64,000 nt of DNA from Geosiphon pyriformis uo1 (taxonomy: Eukaryota; Fungi; Glomeromycota), in assembly GCA_016748015.1 (NCBI GenBank), contig JAAOMT010000176.1, positions 1 to 64,000 of the forward strand, written 5' to 3'. The notes under the pieces are model-generated. The model did no database searches and was not told the origin of the DNA. It worked only from the letters and a program-made list of their open reading frames with translations. Shown here piece by piece: positions 11,090 to 25,000 of this stretch. Each line of letters opens with the position of its first letter. Positions within the stretch are counted from its first letter, which is position 1. Both the position numbers and the translations under genes were made by a program.

Positions 11090-13950
11090 AAGTGTTTAAG
11101 TTTGATTGTTTTATTATAACTATTGGTTTTTAAATTTTAGAGAATATTTTCAGGATTAATTAAAGAGGAATGTGTACTAATTTGTGGAATTAATAGTTCA
11201 GGATTATTTTTGAAATGATAGTATTTTAATCAATCTTTATGTGCAATTTTTGCTAGTACTTTGTCATCAAGTCTTAACTTATATGATTTATTGTCTAGAA
11301 TTTCGTGAATATAAAATGGTCCATCCTATTTGTTTTCAAATTTTCCACTTCATTGTTTTTCAGTCTTAGTTCTGTGTAAGAGAACTTTATTTCCAACTTT
11401 AAATTTATTAATAACTGGTGGTAATTTGTTATTATGTCTTTTTTTTTGTTGAGCTTGAAAATGTTCAATATAAGTTGCTGTTATCTATTTTTTTTCTTCC
11501 AGTGTACTAAAAAGAGTGTAGGCTCTTCTTTGAAATGTTTCTTGAAAGTTTTTTTCATTAATTGGTTGCACTAAATATGTTTCCACTGTGAAATTAATTG
11601 GTAATATTACTGTCTTTCCATAAGTAAGATCAAATGGTATGTGTTTCATAGTATCTTGTTTTAGTGTTTTGTATGCTAATAATACTAATAGAATAAAAAT
11701 ATTTTATTTCTGGTCAAAATTTGTTGAGACTTTGGCTAAGAATTCACACAATGTTCTGTTAAAATGTTCTACAAGTCTATTTGTTTGAGAGTAATAAGGT
11801 GATAATAAAGGTCTTTTGACATTGAATCATTCACAAATTTTTTGTATTAAGTTGTTTACAAAATGTGTTTTTTGATCAGATAAGAGTTCAATTGGACATC
11901 TATGTCTACAAATAATGTTTTCATAGATGAAATTTGCTACTGATTTTGCATCTGCTCTTTGAATGGCTCTAGTTTCAGGCCATTTGGTAAGATAATTTAC
12001 TGCAACTGCAATATAATAATTTTCTTGGGTTGTGATAGGTAATAGTTCGACTAAATCAATTCCAACTTTGTCAAAAGACTGTCTAACTTTGATTGGATTT
12101 AAAGGTTCTGTGGAGTGAGTTCTTTCTTTTTTTTAACAACTGTTACAAGATTTTACATATTGTCAAATGTCTTTTTGCATGTGAGACCAAAAATAATGTT
12201 CAAGAGTTCTTTGAATTGTTTTATCTCTTCCCAAGTGTATTAAAGAAAGATCTGTGTACATGTTATATAGAATTGTTTTTTTTTCATTTTCTTGTATTAA
12301 TCTGAATGGTTGATTTGGGTTTCTGTGATTTTTGTAATAGATTTTGTTGTGGTGTATAAAATATTGTTTGAATTGGTATTGTAATCAATGTTTTTTATTT
12401 GAAGACCAATTTTCTGGCATGATAAGAGTTTCCAAATAGTTTTTAATGTTGTTGTAATTCTTGGGATCTATTGTTGTTTGGTTGGTTTTGTTAATAGATT
12501 GGTAGTTGTAATGAGATTGCTGTTAGTGTTAATTTTGTCTCATTTTTGACAGACTATCAACATTGGTGTGTAGTTTTCCTTGTTTGTGATGTACAATATA
12601 CTTGTAATCTGTTAAAAAGTTATTTCATCAAGATTGTTTGGCATTTTGTTCAGTTTTCTTTTTATTGAGCTATTTGAGACCAATATTGTCAGTTATGATG
12701 TCAAATTTTTTTCCATTTTTTAGGTATTGTTGAAAATGTTTAAGAGTCCAAATAACTGTGACAGCTTTTAATTTAGTTGAGTTATATTTGAGTTCTGTTA
12801 GTTTGAGTGTTTTGCTAACATAGGCAATAACTTGTTCCTGGCCATTTTTATCCAATTGTGATAGAATAGCACCAAATGCTATGTGTGAAGTATCAGTGGC
12901 TAATTAGAACCATTTGTTAAAGTTTGAGTAAGCAAGAACTGGAGCTGTTGTCAATTTTGTTTTAAGAGTTTCAAAAGCTTTTTGTAGTTCTTTAGTCTAT
13001 TGATATAATATATTTTTGTTGGTAAAATAATTGAATAGTTTGGCAATTTCTGAGAATCCTTTAATGAATTTCTAATAGTAAAAGGCTAATTCCACAAATT
13101 TTTGTAGCTCTATAGTATTTTTGGAAGTTTGAAAGTTTTTGACAGCACTAATTGTTTCTGGATTTGGTTTGACTCCATCTTTACTAACTATGTGTCCCAA
13201 AAAGATTAAGCTTGTTTTTCCAAAGTAACATTTCTCAATATTTAATTTCAATCTTGCTTTTTGTAATTATTGAAAAACTTCTCACAGGTAAATAAGATAG
13301 GCTTTAAAGCTTGGTAAATACACATTAATGTTATCCAGATAAACAACTACTGATTGCCACAAGAGTTTTTCATATACAACATTCATAAGTCATTGGAATG
13401 TTGCTGATGCATTGCAAAATTCAAAAGGCATAACATTGAATTCATAGTTTCCTTCTTGGATAGTAAATGTTGTTTTGGATCGATCCTTTAGGTCCATTTT
13501 GACTTGTCAGTATCCACTTTCCAAGTTTAAAGTGGAGAAAAACTTGGCTTTTTCTAAAGCATCTAACATGTCATCAATTCTGGAAAGAGAGTAAAAATCT
13601 CCAATTGTCATGCTGTTAAGCTGATAATAATCTACACAGAATCTGATTTTTCCGTTTTTCTTTTTAACAAAGACTACTAGTAAGGCCTAAGGATTTTTTG
13701 ATAGTTGAATCAATTTATTATTGAGCATTTTTTGGACTTCTTCTTTGATAAATTGGTGGCTAGCAGATAGAACTTGATAGGCTTGTTGTTGTTTTGGTAG
13801 AACATCTCCTGTATAGATCTGATGTTAGACAATATCAGTTTTTTCAAGATTATTGTTGTCTTTTGCAAATATATCTGCAAATTCAGTTATTAGTTGTTTC
13901 AGTTGTCTTTGTTGTTGGGGTTCTAAGAAACTTATGTTGATTTAAAAGAG
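11090..13950 (-). pseudogene. pol of copy 2: RT, RNase H, integrase (many stops)
   Basis: FCVDYYQLN, FSTLNLESGY, YEFNVMPFEFCNASATFQ, YLDN, RNase H (ORF 12670-12855), integrase core, GPF motif and C-terminal ENILQNLxPIVI. Confidence 0.92.
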
Positions 13951-14349
13951 TTTTTCTTCCAAAAGGTGGTAGTTTTCAATAATAAAAATGATGTTTAGAT
14001 TTGGAAGTAAATTAGAGACAATTTAAGGATTTTCATTTTGGAAGATATTGCTGTATATGATTCCAATCTCTAATTTATTTAATAAGACAATAGAGTAATT
14101 ATTGGGGTTGTAGAATATAACTCAAAATTTTTTCATTTCTTTGGAAATATAAATGTTTGGGATTGAGATTTCATGCTTTAAACAGATTTGTTCATTGGAT
14201 TCAAAGATTTGTTGGGTAGTAGTGAGTTTTGAGCAAGTGTAAATTTCGTGATGTTCTCTAAAAGGTGAAATAATAATTGGTTAGAGAAGTTAAAGAATTT
14301 AATAAGATTCATTCTGTGCATTAAGAGCTATGTTTACTGGAACTGTAAA

Positions 14350-14955
14350 TCATCCAGTTGAACCAAAATCTTGTATTCTTCTTTTACTTTTGCCTAGTTG
14401 TTCTCTGTTGTTGACTGATTGTAAAACCAAAATGTTGATTAAGGGTAAGTAGATTGCTTGGGCAATCTTTTCAGCATGTTCAATCCTGAATAGTTTGTCT
14501 GTTTCATTCTGTAACATAATAGTGATGTCTCTAATATATTCTGTATCTATGACTTCTCTTCTAACATTAATTTCTTTGCTTGCCAATAATGATTGAGAAG
14601 CAATTTGTACTATTGCTCTTGGTAGTATTTTAAGAACAATTTTGAGGTTGATTTTGGTTAAGGATTTTGGTTAAAGAACCAAAGTGTCTTTGCCAAAATA
14701 TTTAAGGTCATATCTTGTGTCAATTTCATGGGCTTTTTTTGGTTTTATTTCTTGTCTATTGTTGTCAAAGTATTTGAGTTGTATAGCAGGCTGGTTTTTA
14801 GTTAGATAAATTGGTGTTGTTGCGATTTCTTCTTTTGTTTTAGGTTTTTCAAATTCAATTTCTTCTTGGTCATTTTTACTGGACAGGAAAATGCTAAGAG
14901 CATAACATTCTGAACACCATTTGTTATCACAAGGCATAATGTATTCTTCACACAA
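14350..14955 (-). pseudogene. dUTPase domain of copy 2
   Basis: AHEIDTRYDLKY, VIDTEYIRDI, KIAQAIY and RRIQDFGSTG. Confidence 0.85.
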
Positions 14956-15699
14956 TTGAATGTTTATCTGTTCTAATCATTGAATTTAAGCTTCTTGGGT
15001 TGGATAAGTATAACTTGTAATTTGGTAATATGTTTCTACTTTATTTTTATAGTTGAATTCAGCTAATTCTATTATATATTTAATGTATTCAGCTTCTTTT
15101 ATTTGTTGAACATCTTCTTGTGTGGCTTTATTGATTAAAGCCATTGCTAAGTCAAAGATTATTTTAGCATCATGAAGATAGTAGTAGAGTTTGTTAAGAA
15201 CACTGTTGTATATTACATTAAATAGTGTTCCTTTTTTGACTTTTTCTGAGATTGATAAGGCATATTGGCAGGTTTGATCACATACTTTTCCTCTCATTGC
15301 AACATCAATCCAGTTGTATTCTTCTAGTAGCATATTTTCACATGTAAGACAAGGAGTGTTGTTCTATTTTCCACTTTTTTTGGAATATCCAAATCATTCT
15401 CTGTGGCATGTTTTGCAAAAATAGCAGATGCAAATTTCATATTCCTCTTCTGAAAAAATACATGCTCCCATTGATGAAAGTTTTTTTTTACAATCTTTGC
15501 ATTTAAGTAGAATATAGGGTGGTTGTTTTTATGGTTTTGGTGTGGAATATCTAACTACATTCCATTTTTTAGTCTTCTTAAAGATTTCTTGTTCTGTTTC
15601 CTCAGCCCAATTGAATGTTGATTCTAGAGCCATAAAGGTTTCAGTAATTGATAGTTTTTTTTTCTTTTCAAATTCAAATACTGGGGCTTTTTCAGATCT

Positions 15700-18100
15700 T
15701 TTATTAAAAGTACCACAGATAGCAGGTACTCTGGTGTATTGTTCTTGGTATGAAATCTTTAATTCCTGGGTTTCCTAATCTAAATTTGCATTGGCCTTAA
15801 AAAGCCAATCATTTCTGATGAGAGCTTGGTATTGGAGTGCATCCATAACTAAAACTTTGACTAGAATGATGATTCCATTAATAGTGAATGAGAAGTTATC
15901 AATTTCTCCTACTGGGGTTTTCTTTATGCCATTAGCTATAACAATTACTGCTTGGGCTGGTCTGTTAACATTTCAGTTGAGTTGTTGTATTAGTTAGTAG
16001 GTAATAATACTTCCAGTTAATCCACTGTCTAAAATTAAGCAAATAAATTTTCCTTCTACTTTAGCTTCTGTATATATAGCTGTGATTGCTTTTTGTTTGT
16101 TGACAGCTACATTGCTAAGCAAGAATGGTAATTTATTTGCTTTAAATTCAAATAGAAATATATCTGAGAAATTGGCATTTTGAGCAATTTGTGCTAATGG
16201 AACAGTATTATTGGAAGAGTTTAATCTTGGTGCTATAACTTCACTTTCAGAAAGTACAGTTTGTTGAAAATTCGATTCTTCTGGCATTGTAAGATAACTA
16301 GATTAAGTATGATAGTAATTAGGTCTTTGCTGACCAGAATTTTGGGGAACCAACTGGTTGTTTGGATTAATTCTGTTGTTATTATTATGAAATTGATTTT
16401 GGGATGTAAATTGGTTTTGTTGAACCAATCTTTGGGCAGATACTTAATATTGTTGTATAGGTGGCTGTTGATACTGTTGGATTGGTAGAGGTTGTTAATA
16501 TTGTTACTGTAAAGAAAGTTTATAATAACTGTTTTGCTGTTAGGATTTTGGGGAATAGTAGACTGGTGGTAGAGGCTGATAATGAGATTGTTGTGTTAAG
16601 GAGTAATATTAATTACTTCTGTTTTGTTGGTCTCTTTGTAGCTTTTTGCAATCTCATTTCCAATGTCCTAGAATTTCACAATAGTGACAACTTTGGTTTT
16701 GACTGTTGAATAATGATGAGTAGTTGTTTTGGTTTCATTATTGTAATGGCTGATATCTTTGTGTTTGTTGTTGCTGTTGTTAGTTGGTGAAATAGTTTTC
16801 AATCTTCTTTGTAAGTTGGTCAATTTTCTCTTCAGCTGCTGAGCTGGTTTTTTCAATAGCAAGGTTCACAAGTTTGATATAATTTGCTTCTTCCATTGCC
16901 ATTTTATAGTTCTTTACATGTCTAATGGCTGTTGTTAAGTCTTCTAAAGCATGTGGGCGAACTTTCTTGATTAATTTGTCTTTTAATCTTGCTATAAACT
17001 GATCCAAAATTTGGGTATTAAAGTAGTATTCATTGGTTTCCAATTGTTAAATTCATTAAAGAAGTTTATTGAATCTCTCAAGATAAGTCATGACAGTTTC
17101 AAATGTTTCTTGTTTGATATTGCAAAAGCAATTGCAGAGAATAATAGAGGTGTTGTTGTTGGTGAATTGTTATAAGAAAGCATCTTTGAATGCTTGCCAG
17201 TTTTCAAATGGTTCTTCTAAGTTTTCAAACCATTTTTTTATAGTTCCTTGAAGAAAGTATGGAATTGCTTTAAGCATTCTTGCTGCATTCCATCCATTTA
17301 TATCTTCTGCTTTTTGAACTTTGTCAAGCCATTCTTGAAAGCTGGTATTATTATCTTTACCAGTAAATTCTGAAATTTTTGCAATATAAGCAGTTGTCAT
17401 TTCTTCTTCATTTTCTGTAGTTTCTTCTGGTTCTAATTCGGTTTCTTTACTTTCCAGGTTCTCTGAATAATTACTTTTGTATTCCTGTAAGTAATTAAGA
17501 AGATTGGTGCTGATTGATATTGGTTTTTGCTGTTGAGTAAGATTTCTGGATAACTGAAAATCTTCTGGTCTAGAGAAATGAATAAGTGGTAAATTTGGTA
17601 TTTGTAATTGAGCAAGTAAAATTAGAAATAGTATAATAGAAAGTGGTAATTTGATATTGGTTCCTTGTTCAGATGTTTGTAAGTGTTTGGCAGTTATCTT
17701 TGGTGTCTTTGAAGTATTTGGAGTGGTACTTAAGTGTTGTTTTTGTTTGCTTTTGTTACTTGTTTCTGTCTTTGATTCAAAATCAATAGAGTATTTAGAC
17801 TGTACTGGATATTTTTCTTCACAATACTGAATAATGTTAAAATTAAGTTCTTGAAAGTAGATAGCAAGTGTTTTACTGTTAAGGTCTTCAGTTCTCAACT
17901 GTAAATAGTGCACTAAATTATTGTAGAGATTGCTTCTAACTTTTAAAATGTTGTAATTTTTAAGAAGATAATTGTTGATGCAATTTTTAATATACTAGTA
18001 AAGTGTCTTCTTAACAATTTCAATTCCGTCTGGAATGTTGAATCTCTGCTTGCAATGGGTGTAAATTGACTGATAATACTCTAGAATTGTTGAGTCTAGT
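15700..18100 (-). pseudogene. gag and protease of copy 2
   Basis: AYIAKISEFTGKD...QEWLDKVQKA, QILDQFIARL, CCHC knuckle ~16640-16690 and LILDSGLTGSII. Confidence 0.88.
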
Positions 18101-18143
18101 GTAGTCACCACTTTGAAGTTGTTATTGCTGTGTTATTTTCATA

Positions 18144-18154
18144 GAAGAGCACCA
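18144..18154 (-). promoter_or_regulatory. Primer binding site of copy 2 (TGGTGCTCTTC)
   Basis: TGG motif 2 nt from the 5' LTR edge at 18157. Confidence 0.75.
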
Positions 18155-18156
18155 AA

Positions 18157-19131
18157 TGTTACTGGAGGTTTTTGGTCTCTTTTTTTAACTGTTGTCAATG
18201 TCTGTCTGTTGCTAATTTTACATTTTCTGGAAGCAATTTGAACCTCTAATAACTGATTTTATCTTCAAATTATCTCTTATAATTTGAACTGCTGGGCTTA
18301 TAAGTGGAATAGCCAATTCTGTACAAGTTACTTTGTGTAGTTACATTGTAGTAAACATCAACTCTTTTCCAAAAATTGCTCATCTAAAAGCTCACTAAAA
18401 ATGTGTAGTTATTTTGCTGTAAAAGTTAATTCTTCTACAAATATTTTGTTTTTAGGCTACCCTAATGATTATAATAAGAAAATAAAAAAAAATAAAAAAA
18501 AATAAAAGAAATAGAATTTTGTCAAGGAAAACATTTTCTATCCAAGCCTGAAGTTACTAACAGATTACTGAAATTGATAGCTAATTAATTTCAAAATGTT
18601 AGTTTGTGTTGAAGGAATTTCAAGTGTAATAATCAAAGAATTTGGGTTTTAAATATTTTAATTTTTATTTAAGATGTGTAAAAGGTGATTTGTTCCAATT
18701 AAAATATCTAAAGTAAAATACTATGATAAGATATTATGAGAAGATACATTTTTTTGAAGAAAGAAGCTCTTCTTTTATACAACTTGTTGTAGTACTAGTC
18801 TTTAAACTTGCATTTTTCTTTTTGCTCCAATTTTGGTGAATTAAAAATATATTTTGGTAAACTACAAGTTATTTCTATGAACTATTGATTATTTGGGCCA
18901 ATTTTTCATTAATTTCGGCAAATTTTAACTATATTAAATGGTTCAGGGTATTGTGTAATTTGATCATCTTAATTTTTATAGTATAAATCGAATTATTAAT
19001 TGAGTAATAATTTTTAATAATTTGATTAATTAATAAGTGATAATCGAAATGATAATAATATATGCTAATTAATAATAGGAATTATGAGAATAATTTCATG
19101 CTAGTTAATAGCTAAAATTTTACTGGTAACA
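18157..19131 (-). repeat. 5' LTR (family B) of copy 2
   Basis: TGTTAC...GTAACA terminal inverted repeat; direct repeat of 9264-10233. Confidence 0.93.
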
Positions 19132-21040
19132 TCATAAAATTAAGGAGACAAAGAGTTTTTTTATTTGTTATTTGTTTTAAATAATAAATAATTAACTATT
19201 AAAGTAAATAAATAAAAACTTAAAAAAGATAGAAATTTTTTTTATTTTTAATATTATTATTATAGATATATAAATTTTTATAATATAAAATTTCTAAAAT
19301 TTTTAATAATTTCTGTATTTTTTTAAAATTATTGTTAAAATTTCTGGTATTTTTGGAATTTTTAGCATTTTTGAAATTTTTTTCTGGTATTTTTGAAATT
19401 TTTATTATATAATTAGTTATTTATATTAATTTTAAACAAAATTTAAAATTAAATTATTTTATAAAATAAATACTTTAAAAAACTTTAAATTATATAATTT
19501 TTTGTTATAACCAAAACTTTTTATATATTTAAAAATAAAAAACTTAATTTTAATTATTTAAAACTTATAAAAATTTAAATATATAATAAAAATATTTTGT
19601 ATTAGATAAAACAAATCTAATATTATTAAAATTTATATTTTTATTTATTAAACTCTAAATATTTAAAGTCTTGGTTTAATTAAAAATCAATTAAAAATTT
19701 ATTAAAATTTATTATCAAATTCTAAATCTGTTGTTTTAATAATTTTAATTACTAAAAATTTTAATTTAAAAACTTAGATAACTCTTTTAATATGTTTTTA
19801 TTAATATTTGTTTTTATAAAACAATTAATTACATATTTAACAAATTATTTAAACTAATTAAAACAAAAACAAACTTATAATTAATATTAAAAAATTTAGA
19901 TATTTTTAAAATTATACAATTAATTATATATTTATAAAAAAAAACAGAAATAAAAATATAGTCAATTGTTTTTTTAATTTTTTTAAGTTTTTTTATATTA
20001 TTATTTTAATTATAAAACCATTTTTTAGAAAATTAATCAAATCTAAATCAAATTATTTTTTAAAGTTGGTATTTTTTTAAATTTGTTATTGTTAAAATTA
20101 TTATTCAAAATTACAAAAAATTCTTATTTATAGTTTTAACTATTAAATAATTAATTTTATTTGTTAAACAAACTGCTTATTTAAAAAACACTAATATATA
20201 GTTTTAAAATAATAATAAAAATCTTATTTTTAAATAACAACTTAAATAATACTAATTATTTAACTATTTTTAAAATTTTGTATACATATTTAGCTAAATT
20301 AATATTTATAATAATTATAATACCAGATTTAAAATAGCTAAAATCTAAGTTAAAAACAAAAACTTTAATTCTATTAATTTATTTATACTTTAAAATTTAA
20401 TTTAATCTTTTAACTTAATTTTAGTAATTATAAAAATCAAATTTTTATTATCTTTATATTATCTAATAATATTAATTTACTTGATAAAATTGTTTATATC
20501 TTTATTATTATACATAACAATTATTTAAATTAAACTAATTATTAAAAAAAAGTATATATAACTTATTTTTAAAAAACATTTTATTATATTTTAACAATAT
20601 AATATTAAAAAAATTTGAAAGTTTAATTAATTTGGCTTTAAAAAATTTTAATTTAAACATAATAAAAACAAAAACACCAAAATTTATAAATAATATATTA
20701 ATAGTATTCTTAAAAATATTGTTTAAAATCATATTAAAATTAAAAACTAATATTAAAAAAAAAGCAACAAATTAAAAAACAACAACAAATAGAAACAAAA
20801 TATTTAACTTAAAAAATATTAATAAAATTTAATCTAATAAAAGTTTTATATTATGTTTTAAAACATTTAATCTGAAGTTTATTAATAAAAAAACAAATAT
20901 AAAAAAAATATTTAATAAAACAAAAACCAAAATATTATCATAACCAAAAATTTGGACAAAAAAAAACACTTAAATTCAAATATTTACAATTTTTTTATAT
21001 TTGCTTTGGTTATAATCTTAAAAATAGAAAAAAAAAGTTT

Positions 21041-21071
<31 letters not shown>

Positions 21072-21335
21072 TTACAATTATAATAAAATTAAGTATTATA
21101 ATTAATATTAATATTGCAAATTAATAAGAAAACCAAAAAAAACCAAAACTTTATTATTATAACTAAAATACTATTAAAAATACCAGAAAAAACAAAGGTT
21201 TTTAATATCACAAAAAATTAACAATTAATTTGAAAAAAAAAGATTGTTTTGGCTTTTTTTACCTAAAAAAAGTTTGTAAAAAGAAATAATAGCTTGGATA
21301 TTGACTTATAATTAAAAATTTTAAGACTTTTTAAG

Positions 21336-21370
<35 letters not shown>

Positions 21371-21850
21371 TATATTAGAACTACTTCTGATGTGTTGCTT
21401 TAAAAGACTTTAAAAAAAGAAAAATTTCTATTTAAAGCCAAAAAAATGGTTTAAAATTAGCAAAAAACCGGCTTATTACAATATTATTTAAAAAAAAACA
21501 CAAAACACTATTAAGCGGTTTTTACAGCTATAAACGTGTCTTTAATAAAGATATTATCAATAATTTCAGAAACTACAGTTTACAGCATTTTTATTTTTTG
21601 CTTTAATTATAGTTATAAAAATATAAGAAAAAATCATTTAAGTATTTATAAAAATAATTTAATTGTTAAACAAATATTAAAATTTTAATTTAATTTATAT
21701 TTAACTGAATTAAGCTTTAATTTAAATGTAATTAATGTAATATTATATAATAATTTATTATAACTTTAAAATTAATGTATTAAATCAATAATAAATTTTT
21801 AATTAAAAAATATAATATTAAAGTGTTTTATATTGTGAAATTTACATTAT
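19132..21850. other. Extremely AT-rich decayed repeat relics (LTR-like piece ~19250-19410, then unassignable)
   Basis: Almost no C/G and no credible ORF. 19250-19410 resembles the U3 repeat part of the LTRs. Confidence 0.5.
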
Positions 21851-22024
21851 ATAACAAAAAAAAATGGGTAAAACCATTTTAAAAATTCTACTGGTCGAAA
21901 TCAAACACATTTTTCTTGATGCTCGAACCAAGTTACTAATTGCTACACGCTATATTTGTTAGTTCAATTGTGTATACCTTTTTAGCATGACTTAAAAGAA
22001 TGTTGATCTTGTTTATTATAATCA

Positions 22025-25000
22025 TTATGCATCATCTATAAGATCGGAGTTATTGGTTAAATAATGTATATTGGCCTGTTAGATTTGAAAATTTCACTCA
22101 AATTACTCACCTTTTTCATTAAAGTCTTCCCCCGATCCATAGTTTAAAATTTTAAGTAATTGATTGATCATGTCTCTAATAGAACGCGAAGATGTATATA
22201 ATTGATACTCCTTAACATTCTCCAATTGGGGAGCCAAAAAATCAAAGGACCATATTGGATTTTCCTAACCCAATCACAAGTTTTCCTTGATAAGTATCGT
22301 TTTATTAAAAATGACATTACCAAATGAGTGATTAATTACCTTTTCAAGATCTTTTTCAATTTTTCTCGTTATTCGAATTGCAGTTTGGGCAAGTTTTAAT
22401 AGTTCTTTCAATTTGTCTACTTTTAGTAGACGTTTGCCGGCATTCAAGGCTGTCACAGAAAATCGCAGTGTTCTCTCAAAGGAGTCTTGAAATTCAGGCA
22501 TGAATTGGAGGATAAGTTCATTGAGATTGCTTGATTTCTATCAATCCGAAATCGGTATTGATTTGGTTATTAGCGGTCGAAAAGAAGAAATAAGGGAGAA
22601 AAAATATAATCAAGTGTGGAACCTTTGCTGATAAATCTTTTAACAATCTCACTAAAAGCTCATACGTTTGAACATGACGATATCCATTCAAAGCTCTCTC
22701 GGGATCAGTAAACTCGATTAAAATATCCTTTAAACTCCATGCAACTTCTGGATATCGCGTGCTCAAATCAGCGAAGAATCCGACGTTTAACCGGCTCCGT
22801 GGTTTGGTCATAAATTCTCTCAAAGATGATGAATAGACTTCAATTATCTTGGAGCACGTAAGGAGTGCTTGCTGATCGCTTTTTATTTGCTCTTGTTGCC
22901 TGAAAAGTGCTTTAACAATATAGGCACTCAATTTACTGGAAGCGGTCAGTACCATCGAATTGGGACATTTCTTGACCAAGTTATGAACCTCTTCTAATAT
23001 TTTAAATACAGGGGCATTCTCAAAGTCTTTGGGAGATTCCTTATTCTTACACAATCTATCCACAAGGAGTCCTCTAGCCTTATTCGCGATTTGATCAGAA
23101 CTCGAATTGGTTTTGAGAGAAGTCTCAAGCAGAGGAATGATGAGTTCAAAAAGAAGCGGACTAGTAGGTTGTTTACGCATAAAAATTCCAAGCAAATCAA
23201 GAACTTTGTTCTTGAAATGGATCACTTGATGTTTGGCATCTAAAATATGTAAAGGATTTTAGTTGAAATTTGAAAAAAATTAAAAAATGATCTTATGAAA
23301 TCACCTTTTTTTCTGGTTTTTTCGAGTTGCTTTTGCTTAAATATTTCGGCCAATTTAGAATCAAATTCAGTCATTTCTTCATCTTGCTTACTATCTGGTT
23401 CATCAGATATATCGTCTTCATCCTCAGTGTTTTCTTTATCAGAGCTTGCTTGTTTATTTTTGCTTTTGATCGAATTATGATGATTATTACTCGAATTTTC
23501 TTCCTCGTCCTCTTCACCATCATCATCGTCATCATCATCGTCATCATCATCATCATCATCATCGTCATCATCATCATCATCATCGTCGTCGTCCTCCTCC
23601 TCTTCCTCTTCTTCCGTTTCATACAATTCTTCTTGTCCCGCAATACCTTCCTTTGTCTCCAAGACCTATAGACAGATGGGTTCTAAGTAGAGCTAAATCA
23701 AGTTTAAGACAGACATTCATGTGGCTTAATAACTTACATCTAACAATAAATCCAACGAAGTCTTGGTGAGTTGGTGGCAAAAAGTTTCAAAAACTTGTTC
23801 GGAAAGATGACGCAACATTGCTGAAGGCTTTCCAAGGAATCCCAATAATATATCGACTATAACTTCTATAGGTTCAGGTGAGTCCTCTTCCATATTTTCT
23901 TTGTTGACTTTCTTGCTCAACTTTTTAGGAGATTGCAGTACTTTTTTGTAGCATTCATGTAAATCCTTTTTTTATAAAAATAATTTTTTCTTCGAGTACT
24001 GATATAATTCTCTAATTAAAATATCAAAGAAAAATGACTAACCTGCAAGATGACTGTAGCTTCTTCTGGTTCTGAATACAGAAACAAAAAAGCATGGGAA
24101 TATAACCTTTCAAATGCTTTATACTGAGATCCGGCATTGCTAAAAAAGGTCGAACTGCTATATTTCTTTATCTTGGCCTCAATTTTATCAATAACCTTAA
24201 TTGCTCCCTTTTGCGCAACCTGGGCATCTTCAGGTAATATGACGACTGGCTCAAACATCGAATCTTGCTGTAGTTCTCGCACACACTTTACTGCGTAATG
24301 AGCCCAAGTTTCACCATCACTCATAGTTCCATTAAGTCGACGCCCAAATTTTACATGGCTAGCCTCTAGAAATTAAAAAGAGGACGATTAATATTTCGCT
24401 AAACTCACTGAAAAATGAAAACCCTTACCCGGAATTAAAGATCTCATGTTATTCAATTCTCCAAGCGTGTTAAAAAATTTCAACCTCAATAGTTCTCGTA
24501 TTGGGTAAGACAGTTCAGGTTTAGGAGATTCCCAAACACTTCCGTCTTTGATAACAATTTCTTCATCACTCAAGACTTGAGCTGATTTCCCATTACCAGT
24601 TTTTAGTTTTTTGGAGTGATCATTGAGTGGCTAAGAGCAATTTTTAAGTTTTTATTCGTTTTAAATTAAAATCAGATTACAAGGCTAATCCATACCTCGG
24701 GATATTTTCTCTTGAGATTATTTTCAAACTTTTTATGTTCAAAAAATCCGTAAAATAGAAAATTCTTCAAGATAGATTTCAGCCATTCTTCCTGACGTTC
24801 AATCTTGTAATTTTTTACAAGCCCATACATTTGATTGATGGCCCATTTACGGTTAACTTCCACTGTGTTACTGTAATTTACAATATATTTGGTAGTACAA
24901 CTTGTTAAGGAAAAAAACCATCAAAACTCGCAAATTCATCTACCCCAGTGAGTTTTCCTGATTTAAAATTGTTTTTTTCAAATAATCAACATAAAAGCTG

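Larger units (their letters stand above)
9264..19131 (-). mobile_element. Near full-length Ty3/Gypsy LTR retrotransposon copy 2 (~9.9 kb): LTR-PBS-gag-PR-Cys insert-dUTPase-RT-RH-IN-accessory ORF-PPT-LTR; inactivated
   Basis: Paired ~970-bp LTRs with TGTTA...GTAACA ends, PBS and PPT. Motifs CHYCEILGHWK*DC, LILDSGL, QDFGSTG, VVYLDNI (YxDD), ATDTSHIAFGAILSQ, FDKVGIDLV, LLSDQKTHFVN, DGPFYIHEIL. No chromodomain seen. Confidence 0.95.
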
